This document shows positions 28,889-39,800 of a DNA stretch of 64,000 bases, piece after piece (position 1 is the first letter of the stretch; every line of letters starts with the position of its first letter). The notes beneath the pieces were generated by a model that ran no database searches, was not told the DNA's origin, and worked only from the letters and a program-made list of their open reading frames with translations. The position numbers were made by a program, and so were the translations under genes. The DNA comes from Macrostomum lignano. Lineage: Eukaryota. The stretch covers positions 102,509 to 166,508 of the forward strand of contig NIVC01002505.1 of the NCBI GenBank assembly GCA_002269645.1. The letters run 5' to 3'.

Positions 28889-31800
28889 CTACAACAGATC
28901 TGTCGCCCTACTATACGGCACAGCGAAATCATCGCTAGCAAACACTCGCCCAGTAGTAAAGAAGTGATAAAGATTTTTAATCCGGCCTAGCAGGCCAACC
29001 TGACGTTGAATTCGGAAGAAGTAGGTCTGGCCCATAGACAGGTTGGTCAGATTATAATAGTTCATGTACGCGCCGAACACCCACGATCCGGCATTCAATA
29101 GCACAGAGTGGAACAGCCAGGGCTCTTGAAAATACCAGCTAGCCAGATTGCTGGCGTGAGCGCCAAAGAAGCCGTCATCTGTGACAGCGGGCAGAGGGCC
29201 GTACAGATGGCTGTACAGTCTGAAGCTGGACACCAGAAACGCTGTTACGCCGTACCAGGCCAACAGCATGAAACAGGCAAACAGCCTGAGATTATTTTTA
29301 GCCACACATTTCATTAGAAACAGGCAGTGATGATCCAAGTCCAGTACGCATCTGTTGCACAGTCGGCAGTGCTTGGTCCGCTCGGTAGATAAGCAACGCT
29401 CGCATGTCGAACAGTAGCTGTCGGCCAGAGCTCGCCGCTCGCGGACCAGATCAACCAGGGTGGTTGGCCGGCCGTCCGGCCGCAGCAGGGTGGTCTCGTT
29501 GCTTGCCGTGGCCCAGCCAGGATCGCCTCGAAGTAGGGCGGCGTAAATTATACAGAATAGCTGTTGGATTTAGGAAAAACTGGTTGAATAATAAAATGTG
29601 CGTTTCATGCTACTCAGTAGCATTCAAGTAATATGAAAAGAAATATATACATTAAGAAAGTCGCCTTAAAGCTTACAACCATCAGGCTGGTTTGAAAGAG
29701 CATAGACTCAAAACATCTAAAACTGTCAAATTTATAACAATATTAACATGCTTTTTTTCCGAATTTCAGCATCTCACAAAACCTGAAAGAATTTCATAGA
29801 ATCTCAAAAAATCTCGAAGAATCCCACAGTACTTTATTAAATCTTACAGAATTACATCAATCAAAAAATCTAATAGAATCTCAAAAACTTCAAAGAATCT
29901 CAAAAAATCTTCTTAAATCTTAAAAAATCCCACAGAATCTCATTAAATCTCACAGAATCTCATTGAATCTCACAGAATCTCATCAAATCTCAAAAATCTC
30001 ACAGAATCTTATTAAATCTCACACAATCTTATTAAATCTCACAGAATCTCATTAAATCTCACAGAATCTCATTAAATCTCACAGAATCTTATTAAATCTC
30101 ACATAATCTCATTAAATTTCACAGAATCTCATTAAATCTCACAGAATCTCATTGAATCTCACAGAATCTCATCAAATCTAAGAAATCTCACAGAATCTCA
30201 TTAAATCTCACATAATCTCATTAAATTTCACAGAATCTCATCAAATCTTACAGAATCTTATTAAATCTCATTAAATCTCACAGAATCTCATTAAATCTCA
30301 CAGAATCTCATTGAATCTCACAGAATCTCATCAAATCTAAGAAATCTCACAGAATCTCATTAAATCTCACATAATCTCATTAAATTTCACAGAATCTCAT
30401 CAAATCTCAAAAATCTTACAGAATCTTATTAAATCTCACATAATCTCATTAAATTTCACAGAATCTCATCAAATCTCAAAAATCTTACAGAATCTCATTA
30501 AATCTCATTAAATCGCACATAATCTCATTAAATCTCACAGAATCTCATTAAATCTCAGAAAACTTTATAAATACTTTATAAACTTTCAGAAAAGCTTAAA
30601 CAGTCTTTACAATTCGAACAAAATCTCACCGGTAAGCAAAGCAGAGCGGAATAGTGCATCCAGGTGGCACTGGCATCGTATTGTATATCGTGTCTCCAGA
30701 CGCACTTAGCAAAATAGCAGATCATGGTGTGCGCGAATCCACCAAAGAATGAGCCGAAATAAGCGGGATTTGGCTGTTTAGCCGCAGTGTCCATCCTGTG
30801 TCCCTGGCTGCGCGTGAACAGAACGCTGCACACAGTGCCGCAGGTGAGCAGGTAAGGGGCATAGACTGACGGTAGGTAGCACTGAGACAGCAGCACGGCA
30901 ATTCCGAATATTGAGAATGGGGCGACCAGGATTAGCAGCCACAGAGAGCGGAGTAGCACTGCAATTTCGGGCAAAGATTGTCGTAATAGAGATTAGCTGC
31001 TTTGTCTGGAGCCATTGTTGTGGCAGGTTTAATCTGAGCGCAATGCTAACCTTCTATGAGTTGGGTCATGCTAACCTTTATGAGCGGGGTCATGCTAATT
31101 CCTACATGTATGACATGGTTAACCCCTTAAATCATATGATAGGGGTCATACGAACCTGTATGAGCTGGGTCATGCTAACCACTATGACCTAGGTCATGCT
31201 AACCACTATGAGCTGGGTCATGCTAACCTTCTATGAGCTGGGTCATGCTAACCTTCTATGAGCTGGGTCATGCTAACCTTCTATGAGCTGGGTCATGCTA
31301 ACCATTATGAGCTGGGTCATGCTAACCACTATGAGCTGGGTCATGCTAACTACAATGAGCTGGGCAATGCTAACCACAATGAGCTGGGCCATGCTAACCA
31401 CAGTGACCTGGGTCATGCTAACCTTCTATGAACTGGGTCATGCTAACCTTCTATGAGCTGGGTCATGCTAACCTTCTATGAGCTGGGTCATGCTAACTAT
31501 TATACAATGCGGTAGGTTATGCTAGTCACTATGAGCTGGGTCATGCTAGTCACTATGAGCTGGGTCATGCTAGTCACTATGAGCTGGGTCATGCTAGTCA
31601 CTATGAGCTGGGTCATGCTAGTCACTATGAGCTGGGTCATGCTAGTCACTATGAGCTGGGTCATGCTAACTTATATGACCTAAGTCATATGCTAGCCTGA
31701 ATGAACTAGGCCATGTTAATCCCTACGAGCAAAGTCGAGCTGCCTACAATAGGCTACCCAATAGCAACCCTAATGATTTATGAGCAAGATCATAAGCATC

Positions 31801-34002
31801 AACAGAGTCATACATCTCATCCTAGCCGGAGTGCCAGCCAATCGCATCGCATTCAGAAAGCTTCTAGTCGCTTCTAACCGATGCGGATCAACGGTCTCTG
31901 TTAAAGCAATAGCAGTAGTCGAAGTTCTAGCAGAAGAAGCCGAAGCAGCAGCAACAGCCGTCTCGTCCAAAGCAGTCCTGCCAGCTTTATTAGTTGCAAA
32001 TAATAATTTCTGAGCCCAGTTAGAGCCGGGCTCGCCTAGCAACAGCAGGTAGCAGTGATGAGCTCTGCCCAGTCTGGCGGCCAGGTGCAACGGCGTGTCG
32101 CCAGACTGGTCGGCAATCAATGGACTGCAGCGTCGTTGACGAAGAAGAGCTTCAATAGCCTGATCGTGATCGTGCTGTACAGCGTAGTGTAACGGAGTCC
32201 TGCCAGCGTAGTCTTGCGTCTCAAACAAGGGCGTCTGAGACTTCTGGCCCGACAGGCACTGCTCCAGGTACAGCAGGCTGAATACTGAACCGTTTGAGGC
32301 CGCGTGATGAACTGGCAGCTTGCCAAGTCGGTCGCTGGGAAACGGATCAACCCCAGAGCGGAGTAGAGACTCCAGCACCTGGGCGGAGAGGAGAGTCCGC
32401 GATACTCTTAGATAATCGAGAGAGTCTGGGCGAAACCCGCGACTAGAATCGGTGACATTTTCAGTCGTTTTTTGAATTGAGAACCAGAATGCCAGCTGGC
32501 ATTAATGACCTGGTGTCATGCTAACCACTATGACCTGGTGTCATGTTAACCACTATGACCTGAGTCATGCTAACCACTATGACCTGAGTCATGCTAACCA
32601 CTATGACCTGAGTCATGCTAACCACTATGACCTGAGTCATGCTAACCACTATGACCTGAGTCATGCTAACCACTATGACCTGAGTCATGCTAACCACTAT
32701 GACCTGAGTCATGCTAACCACTATGACCTGAGTCATGCTAACTACTATGACCTGAGTCATGCTAACCACTATGACCTGAGTCATGCTAACCACTATGACC
32801 TGAGTCATGCTAACCACTATGACCTGAGTCATGCTAACCACTATGACCTGAGTCATGCTAACCACTATGACCTGAGTCATGCTAACCACTATGACCTGAG
32901 TCATGCTAACCACTATGACCTGAGTCATGCTAACCACTATGACCTGAGTCATGCTAACCACTATGACCTGAGTCATGCTAACCACTATGACCTGAGTCAT
33001 GCTAACCACTATGACCTGAGTCATGCTAACCACTATGACCTGAGTCATGCTAACCACTATGACCGACCTGAGTCATGCTAACCACTATGACCGACCTGAG
33101 TCATGCTAACCACTATGACCGACCTGAGTCATGCTAACCACTATGACCTGGATCATGCTAACCACTATGACCTGAGTCATGCTAACCACTATGACCTGAG
33201 TCATACTAAACATTATGACCTGAGTCATGCTAACCACTATGACCTGAGTCATGCTAACCACTATGACCTGAGTCATGCTAACCACTATGACCTGAGTCAT
33301 GCTAACCACTATGACCTGAGTCATGCTAACCACTATGACCTGAGTCATGCTAACCACTATGGTCTTATGAGCCCAAAACTAAAACCAGAATGCCAGCTGG
33401 CATCGGTTGAAAAATTTAAAAATCAGTTAAAGTCTAAGTCAGTGAACACTGTGGCACAATGATTCAGAAGTGTCTGTCTGTCTGTCTGTCTGTCTGCCTG
33501 TCTCTGTATGTCTCTCTGTCTGTCTGTCTATCTGTCTGTCTTAGTGTCTGCCTGCCTGCCTGTCTGTGTCGTGCACCTGTACCTGAAAACCGAAGGTGCC
33601 TACAGAGAAAGCAATTAAGTCAATATTCAGCAGCCATCTCCTCACCTGCGGATTTCCCCGTCTAGCAGCGCAGTGCATCGGGGTTTCCCCATTGTCGCTG
33701 GCTGCGCCAGAGTCGGCACCTTTAGCCAGCAGACAGTCCACAATGTCAGCCTGGCCGCGAAGGCAGGCCCGATGCAGCGGTGTCAGGCCGTTCCAGCCTC
33801 TCTCGTTGACAGCATCAGATGGTCGGCTGCTCAGCAACTGAGCAATCTGCACGGCTGACCAGCTGGCAACGGCATCTCCGATAGAAATCTCGGCTAGATT
33901 GGCCGCAGCCGCCTGCTGCGATGAAGGGAGATTAGAGAACTGGCCGGGCGCTGTCGTTATTGAACCTCCGTGTGGCAGAATCGAACCTTGATAGTTGAAC
34001 AT
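28889..34002 (-). CDS. Ankyrin-repeat DHHC protein S-acyltransferase (ZDHHC13/17-AKR1-like architecture), ~640 aa
   Basis: Exons 34002-33646, 32378-31814, 30958-30630, 29560-28889; GT-AG, phases 0/1/0, total 1923 nt. Ankyrin repeats (GLTPLHRAC, GETPMHCAA, GRTPLHYAV, GDTPLHLAA) are followed by TM helices, then CSTC...RTKHCRLCNRCVLDLDHHC. Confidence 0.9.
29780..30560 (+). repeat. 10/20-bp minisatellite (aatctcacagaatctcatta)n in DHHC intron 3
   Basis: Direct periodicity. Confidence 0.93.
31040..31680 (+). repeat. 24/25-bp minisatellite (gagctgggtcatgctaacc(t/a)...tat)n in DHHC intron 2
   Basis: Direct periodicity; related to the 32503-33382 array. Confidence 0.93.
32503..33382 (+). repeat. 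24-bp minisatellite (gacctgagtcatgctaaccactat)n in DHHC intron 1
   Basis: A highly homogeneous array flanked by identical 21-bp direct repeats at 32482-32502 and 33383-33403. Confidence 0.97.
33471..33568 (+). repeat. (TCTG)n microsatellite
   Basis: Direct observation. Confidence 0.85.
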
Positions 34003-34136
34003 GACTTTTCTTAATGTTTGGCTTGTGTCACTTAAAAATGAAGACTTTATTGATTGATTGCCGACAAAACTGAGGTAGTGTAACAGCGAGACTGGAAAAA
34101 TTAAAACTTCGATTTAGGCATGCATTTGTTTTTGGG

Positions 34137-35025
34137 TCACTCTAGCCTAACATATGATCTTGTCACTCTAGCCTATTATATAATCTTATCACTCTAAGCT
34201 ATTGTATGATCTTGTCACTCTAGCCTACTCTATGATCTTGTCACTCTAGCCTATTATATAATCTTATCACTCTAAGCTATTGTATGATCTTGTCACTCTA
34301 GCCTACTCTATGATCTCGTCACTCTGACTTATAATTTGATCTTGTCACTCTAGCCTACTCTATGATCTTGTCACTCTAGCCTACTCTATGATCTTGTCAC
34401 TCTAGCCTACTCTATGATCTTTTCACTCTAGCCTACCCTATGATCTTGTCACACTAGCTTACCTTATGATCTTGTCACACTAGCTTACCTTATGATCTTG
34501 TCACTCTAGCTTACCCTATGATTTTGTCACTCCAGCTTACCTTATGATCTTGTCACTCCAGCTTTATGATCTTGTCACTCTAGCTTACCTTATGATCTTG
34601 TCACTCTAGCTTACCCTATGATTTTGTCACTCCAGCTTACTCTATGATCTTCTCACTCTAGCTTAACCTATGATCTTGTCACTCTAGCTTACCTTATGAT
34701 CTTGTCACTCTAGCCTAACCTATGATCTTGTCACTCTAGCCTAACCTATGATCTTGTCACTCTAGCCTAACCTATGATCTTGTCACTCTAGCCTAACCTA
34801 TGATCTTGTCACTCTAGCCTAACCTATGATCTTGTCACTCTAGCCTAACCTATGATCTTGTCACTCTAGCCTAACCTATGATCTTGTCACTCTAGCTTAC
34901 TTTACGATCTTGTCACTCCAGCTTACTCTATGATCTTCTCACTCTAGCTTTATAATCTTGTCACTCAAGCCTAACCTATGATCTTGTCACTCTAGCTTAC
35001 CCTATGATCTTTTTTACTCTTGCTT
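34137..35025 (+). repeat. 26-bp minisatellite (tgatcttgtcactctagcctaaccta)n
   Basis: Direct periodicity, upstream of the DHHC start. Confidence 0.93.
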
Positions 35026-35729
35026 ACCATATAACCAAAAAATCTTCATCTCGATCTACACTACACACTAAAATCATCTTAGTTAAAACTGCTCTTAAGG
35101 CTTTACAACCAAACTAACGAAATACTATTTTTTCTAAAAAATGTGAAAAAACGAAAACAATGATTACAGTTTACAAGCCTACTACTGCATCATTAGCAGA
35201 CTAATTGATTTTAATTAGGGCAAACAGGATCTAAAACAATAGAACAACACTTAATCAAATTGACGTTTGAACAATTTTTTCTATGAAAACATTAAACTTT
35301 GATAACTAATTTTCGAGCAGACGTACTACTTACTAGTAGACGCAAAATAATTAGGGATTTTTACTGAAATAAACTTATAATTGTCGTGAAAATTGTAAAG
35401 ATAATAATCATACACCTTGAACCTCCTAATAATATATATAATCTAGCGATACTACTGATTTGAGTTAACATAAAGTAATACAAAAAGAATATATTCACTT
35501 TATTATCTTACGCAAAAAAACATTTTTCGTGCAGATTAGTAATGACGCAAATAAGACTTTATGAACGCAGAATGGAAGGTTTAAACTAAAATATATGAGC
35601 GTAATTATTTATAGAAATTTGTAATTCTTTAATATAATTAATTTGTAATGGTATATTATAGATTACAAATAGCCACAATGATTAATGACAGGCACTGATA
35701 TTTTTTTATAATCCACAGATGCTGGATAT

Positions 35730-36420
35730 TTGAGTCACTGTACACTGCCGTCCACACTCCAAATGGGTGTAATGAGGTCACACTGCACACTACCTTCTAC
35801 ATTCTCTGTGGGTGTAGTGAGGTCACACTGCACACTACCTTCTACATTCTCTGTGGGTGTAATGAGGTCACACTGCACACTACCTTCTACATTCTCTGTG
35901 GGTGTAGTGAGGTCACACTGCACACTACCTTCTACATTCTCTGTGGGTGTAATGAGGTCACACTGCACACTACCTTCTACATTCTCTGTGGGTGTAGTGA
36001 GGTCACACTGCACACTATCTTCTACATTCTCTGTGGGTGTAATGAGGTCACACTGCACACTACCTTCTACATTCTCTGTGGGTGTAATGAGGTCACACTG
36101 CACACTACCTTCTACATTCTCTGTGGGTGTAATGAGGTCACGCTGCACACTACCTTCTACATTCTCTGTGGGTGTAATGAGGTCACACTGCACACTACCT
36201 TCTACATTCTCTGTGGGTGTGATGAGGTCACACTGCACACTACCTTCTACATTCTCTGTGGGTGTAATGAGGTCACACTGCACACTACCTTCTACATTCT
36301 CTGTGGGTGTGATGAGGTCACACTGCACACTACCTTCTACACTCCATGTGGGTGTAATGAGGTCACACTGCACACTACCTTCTACACTCCATGTGGGTGT
36401 AATGAGGTCACACTGCACAC
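35730..36420 (+). repeat. 45-bp minisatellite (~15 copies)
   Basis: Unit gggtgtaatgaggtcacactgcacactaccttctacattctctgt, which gives a 15-aa repeat in translation. Confidence 0.96.
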
Positions 36421-36878
36421 GAATCCAAAACCATTCTTTCAAAAAATTGAGTATTAATTTATTAACGCAAAAATGGAACGCAAAACGAAGTGTATTTAAT
36501 CATGGAAAAATTTCGACAAAAAGAAGAAGAACGCCTAATACGATATAGAAATTAATGTAAGCGAATTAGGCATCTAATAACGACAGATTTCAACAAATAA
36601 TATTTTATTATGCGAAAAACAACAGTATACACGGACACAAATACTCAAGAAAAAAACACTTACAAGCAATCAATAAAATCAATCAATGGCGTTGGAAATC
36701 TCGAACTTGAATCTCGTTTTCTAATCACTCTACTAACTCTCCAGTAAATAAGTAGCAATATAAGTGTTTTCTACCATAATCATATATAATTAAATATATA
36801 AAAAATCACCTTGACCAAGATAGAAAATAATCGAAAAAAATGGCTTCAACAACCAAACGTGATAGAGTCTGAGGATGG

Positions 36879-39800
36879 TCATTCAAGCTTTGACTTGGCC
36901 AGCAACTTCTTAGCCTCGGAGGTGCAATCAGTGGCCAGCTGATCGTCTGTAGACTTGGCCTCCATACCGCAAACTCTCTCGCCCAGCTTCTTAACTAGCA
37001 GGTACAGAGAGACATCTCCGCTGCGGCAGTGCAGAGTGGCTGCGCTGCCCTCCTCCAGATGGACCACGTGAGCTAAGCAGGACCAACGCTTCAGGCAATC
37101 GTCAAAGCTTAATCCGTCCAATTTAGCAGAGGACTGAGCCAATTTCTGTTGCTGACCAGCCAATACCGACTGCAGCTCGTCAATAGACATTGCCGCAGGA
37201 ACTAAGCGACACAATCGAGGCACTCGGACTTTCATATTCTCTGTAGAGCTGGCGCCGCCAGACCAGCTGATTGCTAAGCTAGCTCTGAGCTTATTATCCG
37301 GTCGGCCAATTAAACTGGCATCGACTCCTGTTGCTATAGCAACGATACAAGCGGCGTTAGCAACATCAAAGTCTAGTTTAGACAATCCTTTAGAAGAACG
37401 ATAGCCTTCAAGGTCAACTGTGGCCGATTTCACAGCGGTCCCGTCAGCTAGAGGCACAATACGGAATGTCAGATCCACCTGACCAGCTTGGGCATTTTTC
37501 TGCCAGGCAATGTCAATCCTGGCCGTCAGAGACTCGCCAACTGGCAGCCACAGTCTGGGAGGCTGGACAGCCGCATCATCATCTAGACCAAGCAGCAATA
37601 AATCTTCGCTAGCCTCTGCTGCTTTAGCCTTCTTCTTCTTGCCAGCTTTCTTCTCGCCGCCCTTCTTCTTCTTCTCTTTCTTCGGCTTCTCCTTCAAGCC
37701 AGCATCGTCATCGCCCGCCGCTGCCGATTTCTTCTTTTTCTTAGTAGCCACTTTTCGTTTCGTTGTGGCGGCGGCCACTTCGGCGGCTGTCGAAGACTGC
37801 GCCGCTGAATTGCCAAACTCAGTCGACGACACGGCACCGCCGCGGCCTCCCATAGCAACCAGATCGTCAATTTTGATATTAGCCAATTGACGATGCGGGT
37901 CATCGGGCGCGAGCCGGGACCCCGGCCCAGCCTCCGCTTCATTGTCGGAGTCTGGAGCGGCATTCTCCGGCATGTCGTAAGCGGTCGACACCACGTGCGA
38001 GCCCGCCAGGTTGTCGTCTTCCTCGTCGTCCTCGTCATCTTCGTCTCGGTTAGTCTCTGGCTTACTACTGCTAGTAGCAGCTGCTGCTTTCTCTTTCATT
38101 AACTGGCGCTTAGTCTTCTTCTTTTTCTTCTTTTTACCATCCTCGACAGCGGAAGCGGCAGCTTTCTCGGCTAGTTTCATTGCTTTCTGCTTGCTCTGCT
38201 CCTGCTTGTGCTGCATCAGGTACTTGTCGGAGGAGGACAGGCCTTCGATACGGAGGGTTGGCATGCCGCTGTCCATGCTGGCTACCCTGGGCAGCTGGCT
38301 ATCTTCATCGTCTAGACCTTCGCCGGGCTTCTCGTACTGGCTCTGCACCCGGCCGAAATGATTCGACTCGTCGCTAGCGAGGCGTTTAGAGCTGGAGCTC
38401 GATTTGAGATAGTTCGGATTGCTCTCCTGTTCGCGAAGCCGAGTCTCCCGCATGGCGGCCAGTTCCGCTTCGCTTGGCTGCAGGCACGGGAATTAGTAGT
38501 ATAATTTAAATCAGATAGAAACAATGTTTTTTTTGAAAATGCGTTGTTGTGGGGGTCAATTGAGACCATAGAGTGCGTGGGTGGAGGCTAAAGAGTGTGT
38601 GGGTGGGGAGGCCATAGAGTGCGTGGGTGGAGGTCATAGAGTGCGTGGGTGGAGGCCATAGAGTGCGTGGGTGGAGGCCATAGAGTGCGTGGGTGGAGGC
38701 CATAGAGTGCGTGGGTGGAGGCCATAGAGTGCGTGGGTGGAGGCCATAGAGTGCGTGGGTGGAGAGGCCATAGAGTGCGTGGGTGGAGGCCATAGAGTGC
38801 TTGGGTGGAGAGGCCATAGAGTGCGTGGGTGGAGAGGCCATAGAGTGTGTGGGTGGAGAGACCATAGAGTGCGTGGGTGGAGACCATAGAGTGCGTGGGT
38901 GGAAGACCATAGAGTGCGTGGGTGGAGAGGCCATAGAGTGCGTGGGTGGAGGCCATAGAGTGCGTGGGTGGAGAGGCCATAGAGTGCGTGGGTGGAGAGA
39001 CCATAGAGTGCGTGGGTGGAGACCATAGAGTGCGTGGGTGGAGAGACCATAGAGTGCGTGGGTGGAGAGGCCATAGAGTGCGTGGTGGAGGCCATAGAGT
39101 GCGTGGGTGGAGAGGCCATAGAGTGCGTGTGTGGAGAGGCCATATAGTGCGTGGTGGGGGCCATAGAGTGCGTGGGTGGAGAGGCCATAGAGTGCGTGGG
39201 TGGAGAGGCCATATAGTGCGTGGGTGGAGAGACCATAGAGTGCGTGGGTGGAGAGGCCATAGAGTGTGTGGGTGGAAAGACCATAGAGTGCGTGGGTGGA
39301 GAGACCATAAAGTGCGTGGGTGGAAAGACCATAGAGTGCGTGGGTGAAAAGACCATAGAGTGTGTGGGTGGAAAGACCATAGAGTGCGTGGGTGAAAAGA
39401 CCATAGAGTGCGTGGGTGAAAAGACCATTAAGTGTGTGGGTGGAAAGACCATAGAGTGCGTGGGTGAAAAGACCATAGAGTGTGTAGTGGAAAGACCCAA
39501 TTATCAGCTTGGTTGTATTTTTGGGTCTATGATATTTCGGGTCTAATTGAAAGCCAATCTAAATTACCTGATGGTATTCCTTCTGCTCAAATCCGCCGCC
39601 GCTGGCTCCGCCCCAAGCTACAGTGGGATCGGAACTCGAATAATTCGTAGCGCCCGAAGCTGAAGCCCCAACAGTGGCGGAGACGGCAGCCTCGGGTTCC
39701 TTCTTTCGTCCAGACGACTTTCCCGACTTCCGTTTGACTGGCTCATCGAATTCAGACTTAGGCGGCGCGGGCGGCTCGTTAATCCAGGCGTCTAAATCCA

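Noticed and set aside
30959-30998. Upstream acceptor (30997) for DHHC exon 3
   Set aside because: It introduces a stop in the relevant frames. The acceptor at 30959-30960 gives the correct phase and was used instead.
32518-39546. HANHYDLS-, HCTLPSTFSVGV- and PPTHSM-repeat ORFs
   Set aside because: They are open frames through the 24-, 45- and ~22-bp minisatellites, with no splice support or domain signal.
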